Origin: Chiloscyllium plagiosum
Taxonomy: Eukaryota
DNA: 64,000 bases
Reading direction: 5' to 3'
NCBI RefSeq assembly: GCF_004010195.1
Contig: NC_057755.1
Location: 5,211,643-5,275,642, forward strand
The notes beneath the pieces are model-generated. The model made no database searches, was not told where the DNA came from, and was given only the letters and a program-made list of their open reading frames with translations. Below, one piece after another: positions 1 to 12,235 of this stretch (its first letter is position 1; each line of letters begins with the position of its first letter). The translations under genes were made by a program, and so were the position numbers.

Positions 1-967
1 GTGGCCAATGGGTCAAGTGATCCAGTTAGTGAATGAACTTTGCAAGATTGCACATTGATAGCGGATCTGTGTAATACATGGAGTCCTCTCAATGTAATGA
101 TCCACACACAGTATTCTTTTATATTGCATTGGATTCCTCCTTCTTCCGGATTGATCTTCCTACTCAAATCAGAATCGATAGCCCGCAGTGCTGCCAGATA
201 TCAAAGATTCGGAGAACTGGCTAAGTGCATGAGACACAGGGGTGGTGCTCAGGAAGCAAATGAACGACGTCGTAGCAAAGGGTCAAACATTCAGGATTCA
301 GGAAAAAAGTTCCGATGTTGGGGATCTAAAACAAAAAAAGACAGAATCTGTGGGAAAAACTGAGCAGGTTTGGCAGCATGTGTGGACGAAGATAAAAGTA
401 ATTAAAGTTTCAAGCCTAGTGATCCTTGTCCAGAACTCAAAGAAAGATTTCGAAGAAGGGTCACTGACCACAAAACGTTAACTCTGCTTTCTCTCTCTCT
501 CCACAGATCCTGCGAGACCATCTGAGTTTCTTCACAATTTCTGTTTTTGTTACTTATTTAGGAAGCTTGGCTGAGCTAAGTGTTCAACTAGGCTGTGTTG
601 ACTCAAGAGCTGCAACGAAACACCAAACATGTGGATTCAATTCCCGACATCGGCAGAAGTTACCCTGAAGGGTTCTCCTTCTCACTCTTTCTTCTCACCT
701 GTTACATAGTTAGCCTTCGGTTGAACCACCTCTAATAATCTCTCTCGTAAGTGAAACAGCAGCCCTGTTATTTGGTGAGAGCATTGTGACGATTGCTGAA
801 CATCACAAAAGGATAATAGATCAGTATGTAAATGGCAATCAATCCCTCAACAAGGGCAGTAAGCAAATAAATCTGATATAACTGCAATTGCTGTATACCG
901 AAAAGTTGAACATAAGTGGCTAGAAACGCTCAGCAGCTCTGGGAGCATCTGTTTAGAGAAATCAGTG

Positions 968-1586
968 TGTTATGGACCACGTCAGACACCCTTAAAACAT
1001 TTCAAGAAAGTAGCCCAGACCCTAACTTTGCCAATTATTTTAAGCATGTGAAACATGCATATTCCAGAAGAAATGCAGCTGGTGAAACCAATTAGTTTTG
1101 AACAAAACATACTTTATTCACAAGATTACCGAATGACACACAAAGAAAAGAGAAGAGTGGATGGAATAACTTACCTTTTTTCTAAAGCACAACAGACTAA
1201 CCAAATTAATGATGCTGTTCTGAACACGAGCAACAATCCCCACAAATGGTCCTTAGCACAAAAGTTAAAATCAAATCCAGGGTCTTACAGGAAGTATGTC
1301 AGAGAGAGTGAGGAGGATCAACGTGGAACTGCTTCTTTCGGGTCCAGTAGCATTTTATACAAACCAGACCAAACTAGGGTAAAGCTGACCTGGGAGAACT
1401 GACACTCCCCTTTCTTTGTACAAGTAACTTTTTAAAACTTAAAAGACTTTTCCCTGAGGTATACGTTGGCTATATTCAAATTGGCCCTATAACTCTTCAA
1501 CATAGACTTCATGGATTTTGTGTCCTTCAGAAAATCTCTGAAAAAACAACAAGGATAACGTAACTTAAAGGAGTACCATCGCCACA
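968..1586. mobile_element. Possible solo LTR (~620 bp)
   Basis: Begins TGTTATG, ends GCCACA (TG...CA) and interrupts a short Penelope-derived repeat. No clean TSD. Confidence 0.3.
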
Positions 1587-1720
1587 CGGGGAAACATTAA
1601 TTTGAATTCTGGCACAGATGCTGTCTATATTTACAGGTTTTCCAGCAATTTCTGTTTTAGTAAAACCAATAACCAATTCGCAAACAGATTCGCGAACCTT
1701 AATTAGTTATTGTCACTTAC

Positions 1721-1787
1721 CAGGAACACCAATGATGGCAATGAATACGTACACTATTTTAGAAATATTGTGGAATACGTCAAGCAT
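1721..1787 (-). CDS. First coding exon of a GPR139/GPR142-like GPCR (MLDVFHNISKIVYVFIAIIGVP + G); main exon presumably beyond the left edge of the window
   Basis: ATG at 1787, then 22 codons + 1 nt ending GGT GTT CCT G|gtaagt (phase-1 donor). Same pattern as the other first exons here. No GPCR exon 2 recognisable in 1-1720. Confidence 0.8.
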
Positions 1788-1863
1788 TTTACTCCGTGAA
1801 TTGGTCTGTAGTGTCGCATCCTAATGCGTTAAAATTGAGGCACGAAATTAATGCAGCCTGGGA

Positions 1864-1869
1864 TTTATA
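1864..1869 (-). promoter_or_regulatory. Candidate TATA box of the 1787 GPCR gene
   Basis: TATAAA on the minus strand about 80 nt upstream of the ATG, matching the spacing at the 20108 gene. Confidence 0.45.
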
Positions 1870-2124
1870 TCTGCGGGAAGTCTATAGAGATTTTAAGGCT
1901 GTAACACGTCTGTGATTTCAATCCAAGAACCAGCATACGTATTGGTTAAAAATATTTAAAAAACTTGAGGATTGGGAGCAGTTTAGTTTTCAGCAAGGGA
2001 GAACAAATGGGTTGATTAAGTGGGAGAGAGGTAGAGAATGAGTGTGAGCTTGTAGAGAACAAAAACAAGATTGTTAAATATTCTTTAGGCATAACAAGAG
2101 AAAAGAATTAATGGCTGGATTACA

Positions 2125-2372
2125 TACAGTGCAGAAACGGGTCCTTCGACCCAAACAGTTCACACCCACCTATTCCCCCCGACTAATACACCTGACACTA
2201 TGGGCAATTTAGCACAACCAATTCACCTGACGTGCACATCTTTGTATTGTGGGAGATACCTAAACAGACACAGGGAGCAAACTCTACACAGACAGTCGCC
2301 CAAGGGTGGGATCGAAGCCGGGAACCTGGTGCTGTCAGGCCGCAGTGCTAACCACTGAGCCACCATACGACC
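2125..2372 (-). mobile_element. tRNA-derived SINE, HE1/V-SINE type
   Basis: Minus strand begins ATGGTGGCTCAGTGGTTAGCACTG (A box), has a B-box-like GGTTCCCGGCTTCGATCCC and the central GATGTGCACGTCAGGTGAATTGG...GCTAAATTGCCC core. Confidence 0.85.
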
Positions 2373-2859
2373 ACAATCAAGCAACAAATTCAATTGCAAA
2401 TAATGGGAAACAAAATTAAATACATACTTTACTTCGGGCTTCACAAAGGAGGACACAAAAAACTCTCAGATAATATGGGGAAACAGAGTGTCCAATGAGA
2501 GGGAAAATTCATAGAGGCACTTCAGCCCATCGAGCTCACAGTGAAAACAAATTGCCCTCTAACTACGCAAGTCCCACTTTCCACCATTTGGCCCATATCC
2601 TTGATTCATATAGCATTTGAGTTCTTCCCCGAATACGTGTTAAAGCTGGTTAGATTTCTGTCTCCACTAACCTCTCAGTGCATTTCAGACCCGCGCCACA
2701 ATTTGGGAGAACAAATTCACTGAAATCCCCTTTAAAACTCCCGCTTTTCACTTTAAAATCAGCCCTGCTTGTTACCGAGCCTTCAGTGAGGGAACAGTAG
2801 ATGAAAACCTCACCCAGGTCTCCTTCGACCCTCTCTGTTCGAAAGTGAAAGTGAATTAC

Positions 2860-3730
2860 ATCAGAGTTAGTGAGAATGACATCAGGGTGAGTGAGAAAAT
2901 GGTGTTGAGCAAACTGATGAGATTAAAGGCAGATACATCCCTGAGGCCCTGTAACTGATGTCTCAGAGTATTAAAGGAAATGACCCAAACAGTAATAGAT
3001 GCATTGGTGGTCACCTTACAAGACTCCAGCAAAAAGTGAGGATTGCAGATGCTGGAAATTAGAGTCGAGAGTGTAGTGCTGGAAAAGCATAGCAGGTCAG
3101 ACAGCATCCAAGGAGAAGGAGAATTCACGTTTCAGAGAAGAGCCCTTCATCCTGATGAAGGGCTTATGCCTGAAACGTCGATTGCCATGCTTCTCGGATT
3201 ATGCCTGATCTGCTGTGCTTTTCCAGCCCCACACTCTCGAGCCTCCAAGACTCTACAGACTCTCGAACGTCACAACTCAAGAATATTACAGCTAAGAGCA
3301 GCAGTAGGCCATTCGGCCCCTTAATCCCTTCCTTACGATCACAGTTGATCGCAAGTTGGCATCAATCCCACTTTCCTGTTCGTTCTGTAGCCCCTCAAGC
3401 CATTGCTGATGAAAAAAACTATCAATTTCCTCCTTAAAATTACTCAATGTCCCTGCATCCACCACTCTCTGAGAGAGTGAATTCTGCAGATGCATGATCC
3501 TTTGAGAGGAATGATTCCTCCACATCTCTGATTTAAGTCTGCTAAACCCTTATCCTCTATCAGCGAACTCTCATTCCCCATTGGCACACATGAGGAAACA
3601 TCCTCTGTCCATCTACTTTGCCAATGCCCTTGAGCATCTGATATTCCTCAGTTTGATCTCCTTCCTTCTTTTGATACCCGGAGACTGTCAGCTTAAACTC
3701 CTCAATCTCTCTTCACAGGACAGTCCCTGA
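2860..3730. mobile_element. CR1-clade LINE fragments (plus-strand RT piece 2860-3270, minus-strand 3' end 3280-3730)
   Basis: Plus strand: KLMRLKADTSLRP...LKEMTQTVIDALVV-type CR1 RT linker. Minus strand: SQRVVDAGTLSNFKEEIDSF, a CR1 C-terminus. Confidence 0.7.
3027..3242. mobile_element. Palindromic Penelope-derived short element with hammerhead-like core, inserted in CR1
   Basis: Inverted arms 3065-3150 and 3153-3240 around CTGATGAAGGGCTTATGCCTGAAACGTC, flanked by duplicated CAAGACTC. Confidence 0.65.
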
Positions 3731-3879
3731 AGTGGGAACTGGTGGGTCAGTGATGTAATTTGAATATTTAAAGTGAGAAAACACTTAGTTAAGGACCAAT
3801 CAGAATGACATCAGAATCGGTACCAATGCACTTCTGCAGTTTTTCTATGTGTTTAATTTCCATCCCTCTTCAGACACCC

Positions 3880-4380
3880 AATGACAGTTCAAGTCTGTGC
3901 TCCCTGTTCCTGATCCCCAGGACATACATCGATAAAAACATCGACTGCACCTGGAGGAATATTAACCCGGTGTTAGATGCTCTTTGGTCTAACCGAAACA
4001 GGTCGTCTTCCAGAACAATGAGTTGACACCGATAGAGTGTTGCAGTCTGGCCCATTCGAAGGATTAGGATTATGTGATCTGGGATGCATGAAAGTTCGCA
4101 GCACTTGCCTCCAAGGTGCATAGGGGAAAGATCACCAGTTAAGGTCTTTCAGCCAATACACAATGAGAAGCTGTTCAATTATCAAGACATTCCAATGCCT
4201 CAAGTCCTTTTAAATATAAGCTTTGTGTGTAAGATGTGTCTTGGTTTTTTTTTAGATAGATTCAAACTCCTACGAATTGGTTTTCTTGTTATGCTATTGC
4301 ACAGAACTGTATTGCATTTATAACTCGCAATGTGTAAGTATCTTTTTAAATAAATAAGATATATTTTTATTAAGATTTTA
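3880..4380 (+). mobile_element. Tx1-type (L1 clade) LINE 3' end
   Basis: Degenerate ORF2 C-terminus NIDCTWRNINPVLDALWSNRN...ECCSLAHSKD.DYVIWDA, followed by an AT-rich 3' UTR. Confidence 0.7.
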
Positions 4381-6099
4381 AATGCAATAGATGGAAGGGA
4401 AACTTTCCTTGCAGTCCAATCTAGTTTCTTTAGAATACCTTTGTCTTAATTTTTTCCAAGGTGATTTAGAGATATCACACCTCTCTGGGTCTCTGCACTG
4501 GAAATCATGACCCGCTCTTCTTTCAGTTGTTACAAAAGTTAGTGATTAAAAAATGTACGTACAATTTGCCATTCCCTTCGACGAATGTTAACAGAAAGCA
4601 TTGACCAGTCATCTGCACTGTATGGTACTTGCAATTTATGGTAAGTAATTAGACTCCAGCAACAGCCAAACTATTATTGGCCATCAGTCTTTACCCAACA
4701 AATTAAATCTATAAACCTCTTCTACACACACAAACACACTCATACGCACACACGTGTACACACATGCAGACTAGAATAAAAAGAGTGTTTCGGATGGTGG
4801 GAAAACCTGTGAAGGAAGTTCCAATTCCACTTCACATTGAAAATGATTTGATTGTATTGATTCTCTTTTGATCAGAATGCTGAATCACAGTCTTCCCTCT
4901 TCGTAGGCTCCTACTAATTTACAAGAGGCAAGAGGTCAGATCCACATCATACACATTGTCCATCATCCTCATTAAACGGCAGAGCTCACAGGAACTACAG
5001 AAGGACAAATTAACCAGGTTTCTTCTGGCTTAAAGGAACTTTTCCTGCAGAGAACGGAGAGAGAGTTCCTATCAGCTGGAGGTCAGAGGCCTCTCTGGAT
5101 CTAGTTCAGTGCCCGAAGTGGTTCAACTGGCTGAGAAACAATCAAGTCGCTGTAGGCATTGATAATTGGTCGGTGGTTTACAAACCAAGCAACTACATGT
5201 TCTAAACCAGGGCTCTATCTGTTAGTACCTATTTATTTGCAAGCACTTCAATCATTGGGTCACTCTCATTGTCAGATGAATTGCATCTGAACCATGTAAG
5301 AATCCTGCACCAAACCTCTCTTTTGAAACTCTTTTTTTCTCATTTTAGTCAACAATTAAACTCCAGATTTCGAAAAAATACGCTCTTCATATGCTTCAGC
5401 CTTCTTAAAAATGAAATACTTTTCAAAAATGCATTTCCTTACAAAAGTACATAATGTACAAAAATAAAGCATCAGACTGAAATCCACTTTTTTCTTTCTC
5501 CCACCTGACAACGTTTAACAATTAGCGTTCCTTATACCTTTCACTTACTTCAGAATTTGACACTTGAGGCAATGCATTGGCACATGTATTACGTGTTCCA
5601 TGAAACGTGTTCTTGCATTTTCTGTTTGAAATTTTTCAGTGAAGGCCAATAGATTCTGATCATTGTAAGTTCGCATTTCATTCATCCTTGTTTAATATAG
5701 ACTTCATGGTATTGGAGAGCCAGCAGCAATCCTAAAGCTTCTATTTCTCTGGAAAATAATTTTACTATGATGCGTATTCTTTCCAAGAGTAGAACGTTAT
5801 GAACATGTCTATTCCCGATTCATCGTCTTGTAACACGACAGCACACAGCCCCAAGTCACCAGCATGAACTGCCATTTGAAAACTCTGGAAAACTCAGGGA
5901 TGGTCGATATTGGTTCTTTGATTCAAATTCCCTTAATCCTCACAAAGGCAGTCTCGCATTCTGCTAAGCAGACCACGTTTGTTTGGTTCCTTCACAACTG
6001 TCCAGCTAAGATTATGCACAATTTTCCACCATCACGTACATTCGTAAAAATCTACTAATTTCTCATTTAGTTTTAGGCAAAAAAGGAATTCTTGTAACA

Positions 6100-6830
6100 C
6101 AGAATGTTACAGAGCAGTACAACCCCTTCAACTCTCGATGTTGCACCAACCTGTGAAAGCAATCGTAGCCCATGTATCCTACACTATTCCATTCTCGTGC
6201 AGATGTATATCAAATGGCCATTTAAATATCCTTAAAGTTGGCAAATCTGATATTGCTGCAGGCATTGCATTCCACGCTCCTACTACTCTCTGAGTAAAGA
6301 AACTACCACTGACATCTGTTTTTTATCAATCACTCCTCAATTTAAAGCTATGTCCCCTCGTGCTAGCCATCATCATCTGAGGAAAAAGGCTCTCACTGTC
6401 CATGCTTTCTAATCCTCTGAGCATCTTGTATATCTCTATTAAGGCTCCTCTCAACCCTGTTGTCTCTAACGAAGACATCCTGCTAAATGTCATCTGCACC
6501 CTTTCCGATGCTTCTACATCCTTCTTATAATGTTGCGACCAGAACTGCATGCAATACTTCAAGTGTGGCAGCACCAAGAGTTTTGTACAGCTGCAACATG
6601 ACTTCATGGCTCCAAACGCAATCCATATCAACCTATCCACACTTCAAAAATCTTACCATTAGCCCAGTACTCTGTATGCTTGTTACCTCTTCCAAAGTGA
6701 ATCATCTCACACTTCTCCACATTAAACTCCATTTTCTACCTCTCAGATCGGCTCTGCAGCTTATCTATGTCCCCCTGTAACCTGTAACATCCTTTGCCAC
6801 TATCCACGCCTCCATCAACCTTAGTACCAT
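6100..6830 (-). mobile_element. CR1/HER1 LINE 3' end
   Basis: LVLPHLKYCMQFWSQHYKKDVEASERVQ...LRGALIEIYKMLRGL...TRGHSFKL. Confidence 0.9.
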
Positions 6831-6889
6831 TCTATTAGACTCTTCACGTTGGCTGTCATCCGCAATATTTGTGTGCTGCTCCAGGTATG

Positions 6890-7265
6890 ACTGCGTGTTT
6901 CTCTATGCATGTATGTCTCTGAGTGTCTGTCTGTGAGTATATGTCTGAGTGTCTGTGTACATGTGATTATGAGTGCATGCATGCGAGTGTTTATGTGTCT
7001 CCATGTGTTGCCTTTGTGTGTGTGTGTCTCTGTGTCTGTCTGTGTTTCTGTCTCCCTTTATGCATGCATCTCTGGGCATCTCCTTCTATTTCTGTGCGTG
7101 TCTGTGTCTGTGTGTATGTGCACCACCCTCTGAGTCTAGCTGTATGTTTCCGTCAATTAATCTGTGTGTGACTATCTATACGTGTCTGTCGGGATGTGTG
7201 TGCGTGGGTGTGTGTGTGTCAATGTATATAAGTGTGTCTATTACAGTGCGTGTTTTGCTTGTGCA
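6890..7265. repeat. TG-rich low-complexity tract
   Basis: Degenerate (TG)n/(TGTC)n. Confidence 0.85.
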
Positions 7266-7488
7266 TATATATCGGTGTCTATCTTGGTGCTGTTGTTGGA
7301 CTGGGATGGACAAGATCAGATGTCACACAAAACCAGATCAGAGTCCAACAAGTTTATTTGAAATCACAAGCTTTAGAATTACAACATGTGACTTTTGATA
7401 CCTCGCCTGTTTGTGCCTTTTGTGTGTTAACATGACAGTACTTTCGTATTTTGATGTGTATCTCTGTGTAATGGGGTCTAGATCACTC

Positions 7489-7790
7489 ACAGTGTGGATA
7501 CAGGCCGCCCGGCCCAACAAGTCCACACCGACCCGCCGAAGCGCACCCACCCAGACCCATTCCCCTACATTTACCCCTGCACCTAACACTACAGGCAATT
7601 TAGCGTGGCCAATTCACCTAACCTGCACATTTTTGGACTATGGGAGGAAGCCGGAGCACCCGGAGGAAACCTACGCAGACACGGGGAGAATGTGCAAACT
7701 CCACACAGTCGGTCGCCTGAGGCGGGCATTGAACCCGGGTCTCTGGCGCTGTGAGGCAGCAGTGCTAACCACTGTGCCACCATGCCGCCC
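7489..7790 (-). mobile_element. HE1-type SINE, well preserved
   Basis: GGGCGGCATGGTGGCACAGTGGTTAGCACTGCTGCCTCACAGCGCCAGAGACCCGGGTTCAATGCCC head, V-SINE core and CR1-like tail. Confidence 0.92.
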
Positions 7791-8612
7791 ACCTGTGCTA
7801 TTTGGAGGTGAAGCCGTTGAAGTGGGGATAAAAACCCTGTCTCTGTGTCACTGTTGTGTTTAAGGTGGTAATGATTATGTCCATCTATATGTGTGTGTGC
7901 GTGTCTGTCTCTCTACACTTGTTTATACCTGTGTGCATGTGCGTGTGTGTGCGTGCGTGCGTGCATGTGTGTGTGCCTGTGTGTGTTCATCTCTACCCAC
8001 AATGAGATTACCGACTTCCAATGAAGATTTGAATGAATTACTTAAATTGTGGTGAATCTGAGGCTCAGACTTTCGTTCTCTCTGTCTGGCTGTCCATCTT
8101 CTGTTTAAACTGAAACAGTGCTATCTTCTGCTGGACTCCCCATGTCACTGCAAACACAGCAGATTTTGCTCAGAGTAATTATCAAGCTCTGTGAATCTCT
8201 CACATTGCATGTTTGTTCAGTTATTCAAAGAATGCCTTTGGAAACACAAATCAGTTTTGGTGATCCCTTGTGATATTGTCCCAGAGACATGAGGAGAAGA
8301 AGATAAATATACCAAGTGTGTGTCTTATCCCCTCCACTTTTGAATCATTTCTCACTAAGAATTTGACGGTTATATTAGAACAGAGCTGCAGAAATTGTAA
8401 TAAAATTCACCATAGTCTCCTGAAGAGACGATTCACTTTAAGGTTCTTGGGTACAGTTGCAACAGCAATACTCTATTTCACGTCTATTATTTCAGGAATG
8501 GTGCTCAAAGATAAATCATACTTCACCACAGAGGGAGCACAAACATTTCTCCACTGAGTGTTTTGCACACTGAGGTGCCTCAGTGGAATTGTGACCATCT
8601 CCACACCAGCCT

Positions 8613-8613
8613 T

Positions 8614-8662
<49 letters not shown>

Positions 8663-8669
8663 CGCGCAT
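8613..8669. repeat. (TG)n(CG)n microsatellite
   Basis: Uninterrupted purine-pyrimidine alternation. Confidence 0.95.
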
Positions 8670-9329
8670 TTGTGGATATATCTGTGTTCATTGTGCTGTC
8701 CTCCTTCTTTCTGTGTCTTTCTGATTGCATCAGACAGGTTCTACCCTCCACCAACCCACGTGTAGTGGTGTGGAGAGTCCAGCAGAGGTTAGCATTGTCT
8801 CACTTTCAACAAAAGTGACGTTCATTGTTCTCATTTGACTCTTCACTACATGACAGGAAATTCCTGCCAGATACTTCATTGAAGTATGACCCCACTGGCC
8901 GCTGTCATCATTCACAAGTTCAATTTATTTATAATGTCCATAATCCATGGAACTCGATTATTTACTACATTACCGAACTTCCCACTGAACCTAACAATGT
9001 CAATGCACAAATCAATGTTTGATGTGTGGTTCTGACATTGTCATGTAATCACCTGTCACAAATCCTCACATTGAAACTGGTCATAGTTGGCTCTTTGTGA
9101 CGTTAGTATGGAGTCTGTTCAATTGGTACTCAGGAGTGAGACCACGTATTTAATCGTCAAACATTTTCTGAATAACTGTGTTATATAGTTTCATCAGATC
9201 CCTTTGAAGGATATGATTTTGTTGGAGACTTACAGAGGGTTCCAATCTGATAGGTGTTACACAGTAGGAAATTCCAATCCCTGGACAATTCCGTTGGATT
9301 GTGCTGCATTAGCAAATCCGTAAGTTCCC

Positions 9330-10015
9330 AGCTGAACTCCCTCCCTGCATTGGGATAAGGGCACACTTCCAGGCATGCAATGGAATACTCCACACTTGCC
9401 CTGGATAGAGTCAGCTCCAACAACACCTAAGAAGCTCGACACCAGCCAGGACAAATCAGCCCCCTCTTGATTGTCACCACATTCTCAATCATCCCCTCCC
9501 TCCCCCACCGACGCTCGGTAGTAGTCGTGTGTACCAGCTACAATGTGCAGCGCAGAAATTCACCAAGGATCCTCAGTAAGCAATTTCCAAACACAAGCCC
9601 AATTCCATCTGGAAGGGAAAGAGTTCTGCTCTCCATCTCTTTGTCTCTGTGATTCTCTCCTTTGCTCACACTTTTTAGTCTCTTCTGGACTCAACTTGTC
9701 ACTACAATGTGTCTGACTGTCAGGGCATTGAGCAACAGAATTAAAGAAAATGACAGATACATGAGGATGCTACCTCACTGCAAATTTCCAAAGAAACCCC
9801 TTACTGTCCCGTCTTGAAAATGTATCACGTTCCTTCTGTGCTGCTTGTTCAAAATTCTGGAATTACCTTCCTCAGGGCATTGTGGGTCGGCCCACAGCAC
9901 ATGGACTGCAGTGTATCAAAAATACAGCTCACCCCCCTCTTCTCAGGTGGGGCAACTAGGGGTGGAGCAATAAATTCTGACACAGCCAGTGATGCACACA
10001 TCCCGTACAAGAATT
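9330..10015 (+). mobile_element. CR1/L2-group LINE 3' end, interrupted by a GPCR fragment
   Basis: MEYSTLALDRVSSNNT.KKLDT.QDK-like end and 3' UTR, colinear with the copy at 51620-52120. Confidence 0.75.
9624..9755 (-). pseudogene. Isolated ~130-bp GPCR fragment (TM5 end to ICL3)
   Basis: Translates FSLILLLNALTVRHIVVTS*VQKRLKSVSKGENHRDKEMESR, homologous to the same region of the intact genes. Confidence 0.85.
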
Positions 10016-10022
10016 GGAAATG

Positions 10023-10956
10023 TCATTCCATAATCTGTAAACAATTGCATCTTTCTTTTGGATTCAAGTTAGAGATGTATCTTTTCATAATGCAAGAAAT
10101 TCGTGTAAACAGGTATTTTACTGTGTTACTGATGTTCACTCTGAACCTAGACAATGCTGCTGCCTAAATGGATGCATTTGTGCAACAATGCCACCTCTGC
10201 AGCATGTATCCAATAATACCTAAGTGACAAAGAGAAGGTGAGTATTCATAAGGATGGCTTCCTTGAATGACACAACGTAAGAACTATACAAGAACAATTA
10301 ACCACGGGAGGATGAACCTCCCAGATAACGCGAAGAACAAAGTCACAGACTTCATTCTGCTCTCCATCTCTGGGTCTCTGCGATTGTTTCCTTTCCTCTC
10401 ACCCTTCAGCCTCTCTGGACACGAATTGTCACAAAATGTGTCTGACTGTTGAGCATTGAGCAATAAAATTAAAGCGAATGGCAGTAAAAGGTGCAAAACT
10501 GTAACAAGCCAAACTAATGCTGCCCACCAAGTCTCAGTAAAATAGATGATTTTGTTTTATAGTGGAACAGCACATTGTTGATTAACAACTGATGTTAATA
10601 CTGAAAATGGAAGGGGGCGTTTTCAAACATAATAGGGAGCAGGTTGTTTCGAGAAACACAGTCGCCGTTTTCTCAGTGCAATATTTTGTTTTCAGCTTCT
10701 GACAACAAATGTACAAAAGTCTGTCAAAGGTGAAAGTGACAGTGAACCAGGCAGAGCAGTCAGTGACTACACGAGACACGATCCCAATAACACTGCACAC
10801 AGGAGTGATGGACAAGAAAGACCGCGAGGAGGAATAAAAGTAAAGTCAGTGATAATGAGCAACAGATCGACAGCTTCCATAACTACCAGGTAGTGAGCAG
10901 TACAAGGGGAAACACCGCACTTTCCCGGGAAGGAATAAACATCGCCAGCAAATTAA
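10023..10956 (-). pseudogene. Main exon of a GPR139-like GPCR pseudogene
   Basis: NLLAMFIPSR/KCGVSPCTAHYLVVMEAVDLLLIITD, ITPVCS...TDCSAWFTVTFTFDRL...CCQKLKTKYCTEKTA, DPEMESRMKS, CCTNASI*A. Acceptor AG is AA at 10957-10958, there are several frameshifts, and TAG at 10164-10166. Confidence 0.92.
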
Positions 10957-12155
10957 TTACGGAAGACAAACGAGAAAAAGACTCAATGAATCATTGATTA
11001 TAAATTCCTTTGCCTCTCCCAGAGAGCAGCAATGACATTTCACTACAGCACCCGGCACATCCTATGAGTGGAAGCTGAAGTGGATGGGGTTGAGTGAGTT
11101 TAAAATTCGACAACTTCTCATTCACCTCAGATTGACCTCCTGCCCTACTGCCGCCAGATATTATGGAGTTTGGACAGAGACTGAAATCATGGTTCCTCCG
11201 AAGAGAACAGAAGGAAGTCTGAGCTTTTTTTTCGATAAAAGGGAACAATTTGAATGACTGCAAAAGTTTCTCACACTTCTCAGTTCCAACTCTGAGCATG
11301 GGCAGAAGCCCATTATTTGCATCGATCCCAACATAGTCAGAGGCAAAAATGACTAATGCTATAATTCAGAAACAAAATCAGAAACTGCTGGAGAAGCTCA
11401 GCAGCGACTGTCACTATTTGAATTAGCTGAAGCGCGAGGCTGAGGAGGAGAGAATTTCCAGAACGCATGGTAGTTGGATGAAGTTTTACAAATCAAAACG
11501 GTGTGCATCTTCCTCATTTCCTTTGTTTAGCAAAAACAAATCTCAGAATGAAAATTAACAACTGATCCTTTTTTTGGAAGAGAGCTCCTTACCTCTCTCA
11601 CATTTTGTTTCTGGATGTGCCCCTTGATATCGCTGCTAAATAGTCTGGTCCTCGTTCTCACACGATGCTGCCTTATTGCCAAATCTCCAACAGTGGAAAT
11701 CGCTAATCTTTTCTTGTCTTCTCCTGTTAATAACTTGTTGGCCTTTGCTTAGATAACACTTCAACTTTCTAAACAAGCCTCATGTGTATAACAAAACAGA
11801 AATTGTTCAGCAGGACTGGCAGCATCTATGGAGAGAAAGGAAAGTTACCGTTTCGAATCCAGTGACCCTTCTTCAGAACTAACTTGCTTGATCTCTCCTC
11901 ATACCTTCCAACCATCTGAATCTGGAACTGATGCCACAACTCTGAGACCAGAAAATGCTGTAGCAGCAATGAATTTGGGGGTCTCTGGCAGTGGAGAATT
12001 GTACTGAGAATACCGCTCAGTGACTCACTGTCACTGTTGGGATATCTGGATAAGGCTGACCTGTCAGAGAAGTGGAGATGTTATTGTTTGAAAGGTAAAC
12101 CAGAGAGCAGATCTGCAGCACATTAAAACAAGTTAAATTATCAGAATGCCCATAC

Positions 12156-12235
12156 CAGGAATACTAATAAAGGCAAGAGTAGTGTCCAACACCTTCTCCA
12201 CTTAATTAATTGGTAAAGTTATTTCTCTATCCCAT
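12156..12235 (-). pseudogene. Probable decayed first exon of the GPCR pseudogene
   Basis: M/DREITLPIN*VEKVLDTTLAFISIP + G|gtatgg (phase-1 donor), with a 1-nt frameshift after the ATG and an in-frame TAA. Confidence 0.55.

Noticed and set aside
7720..7790. tRNA-like sequence
   Set aside because: It is the head of an HE1 SINE, not a tRNA gene. The same applies at 2310-2372 and 25096-25160.
8270..8557. ORF starting VILSQRH, resembling the VILSRGKCG start of GPCR exon 2
   Set aside because: No further family motifs follow and there is no suitable acceptor.
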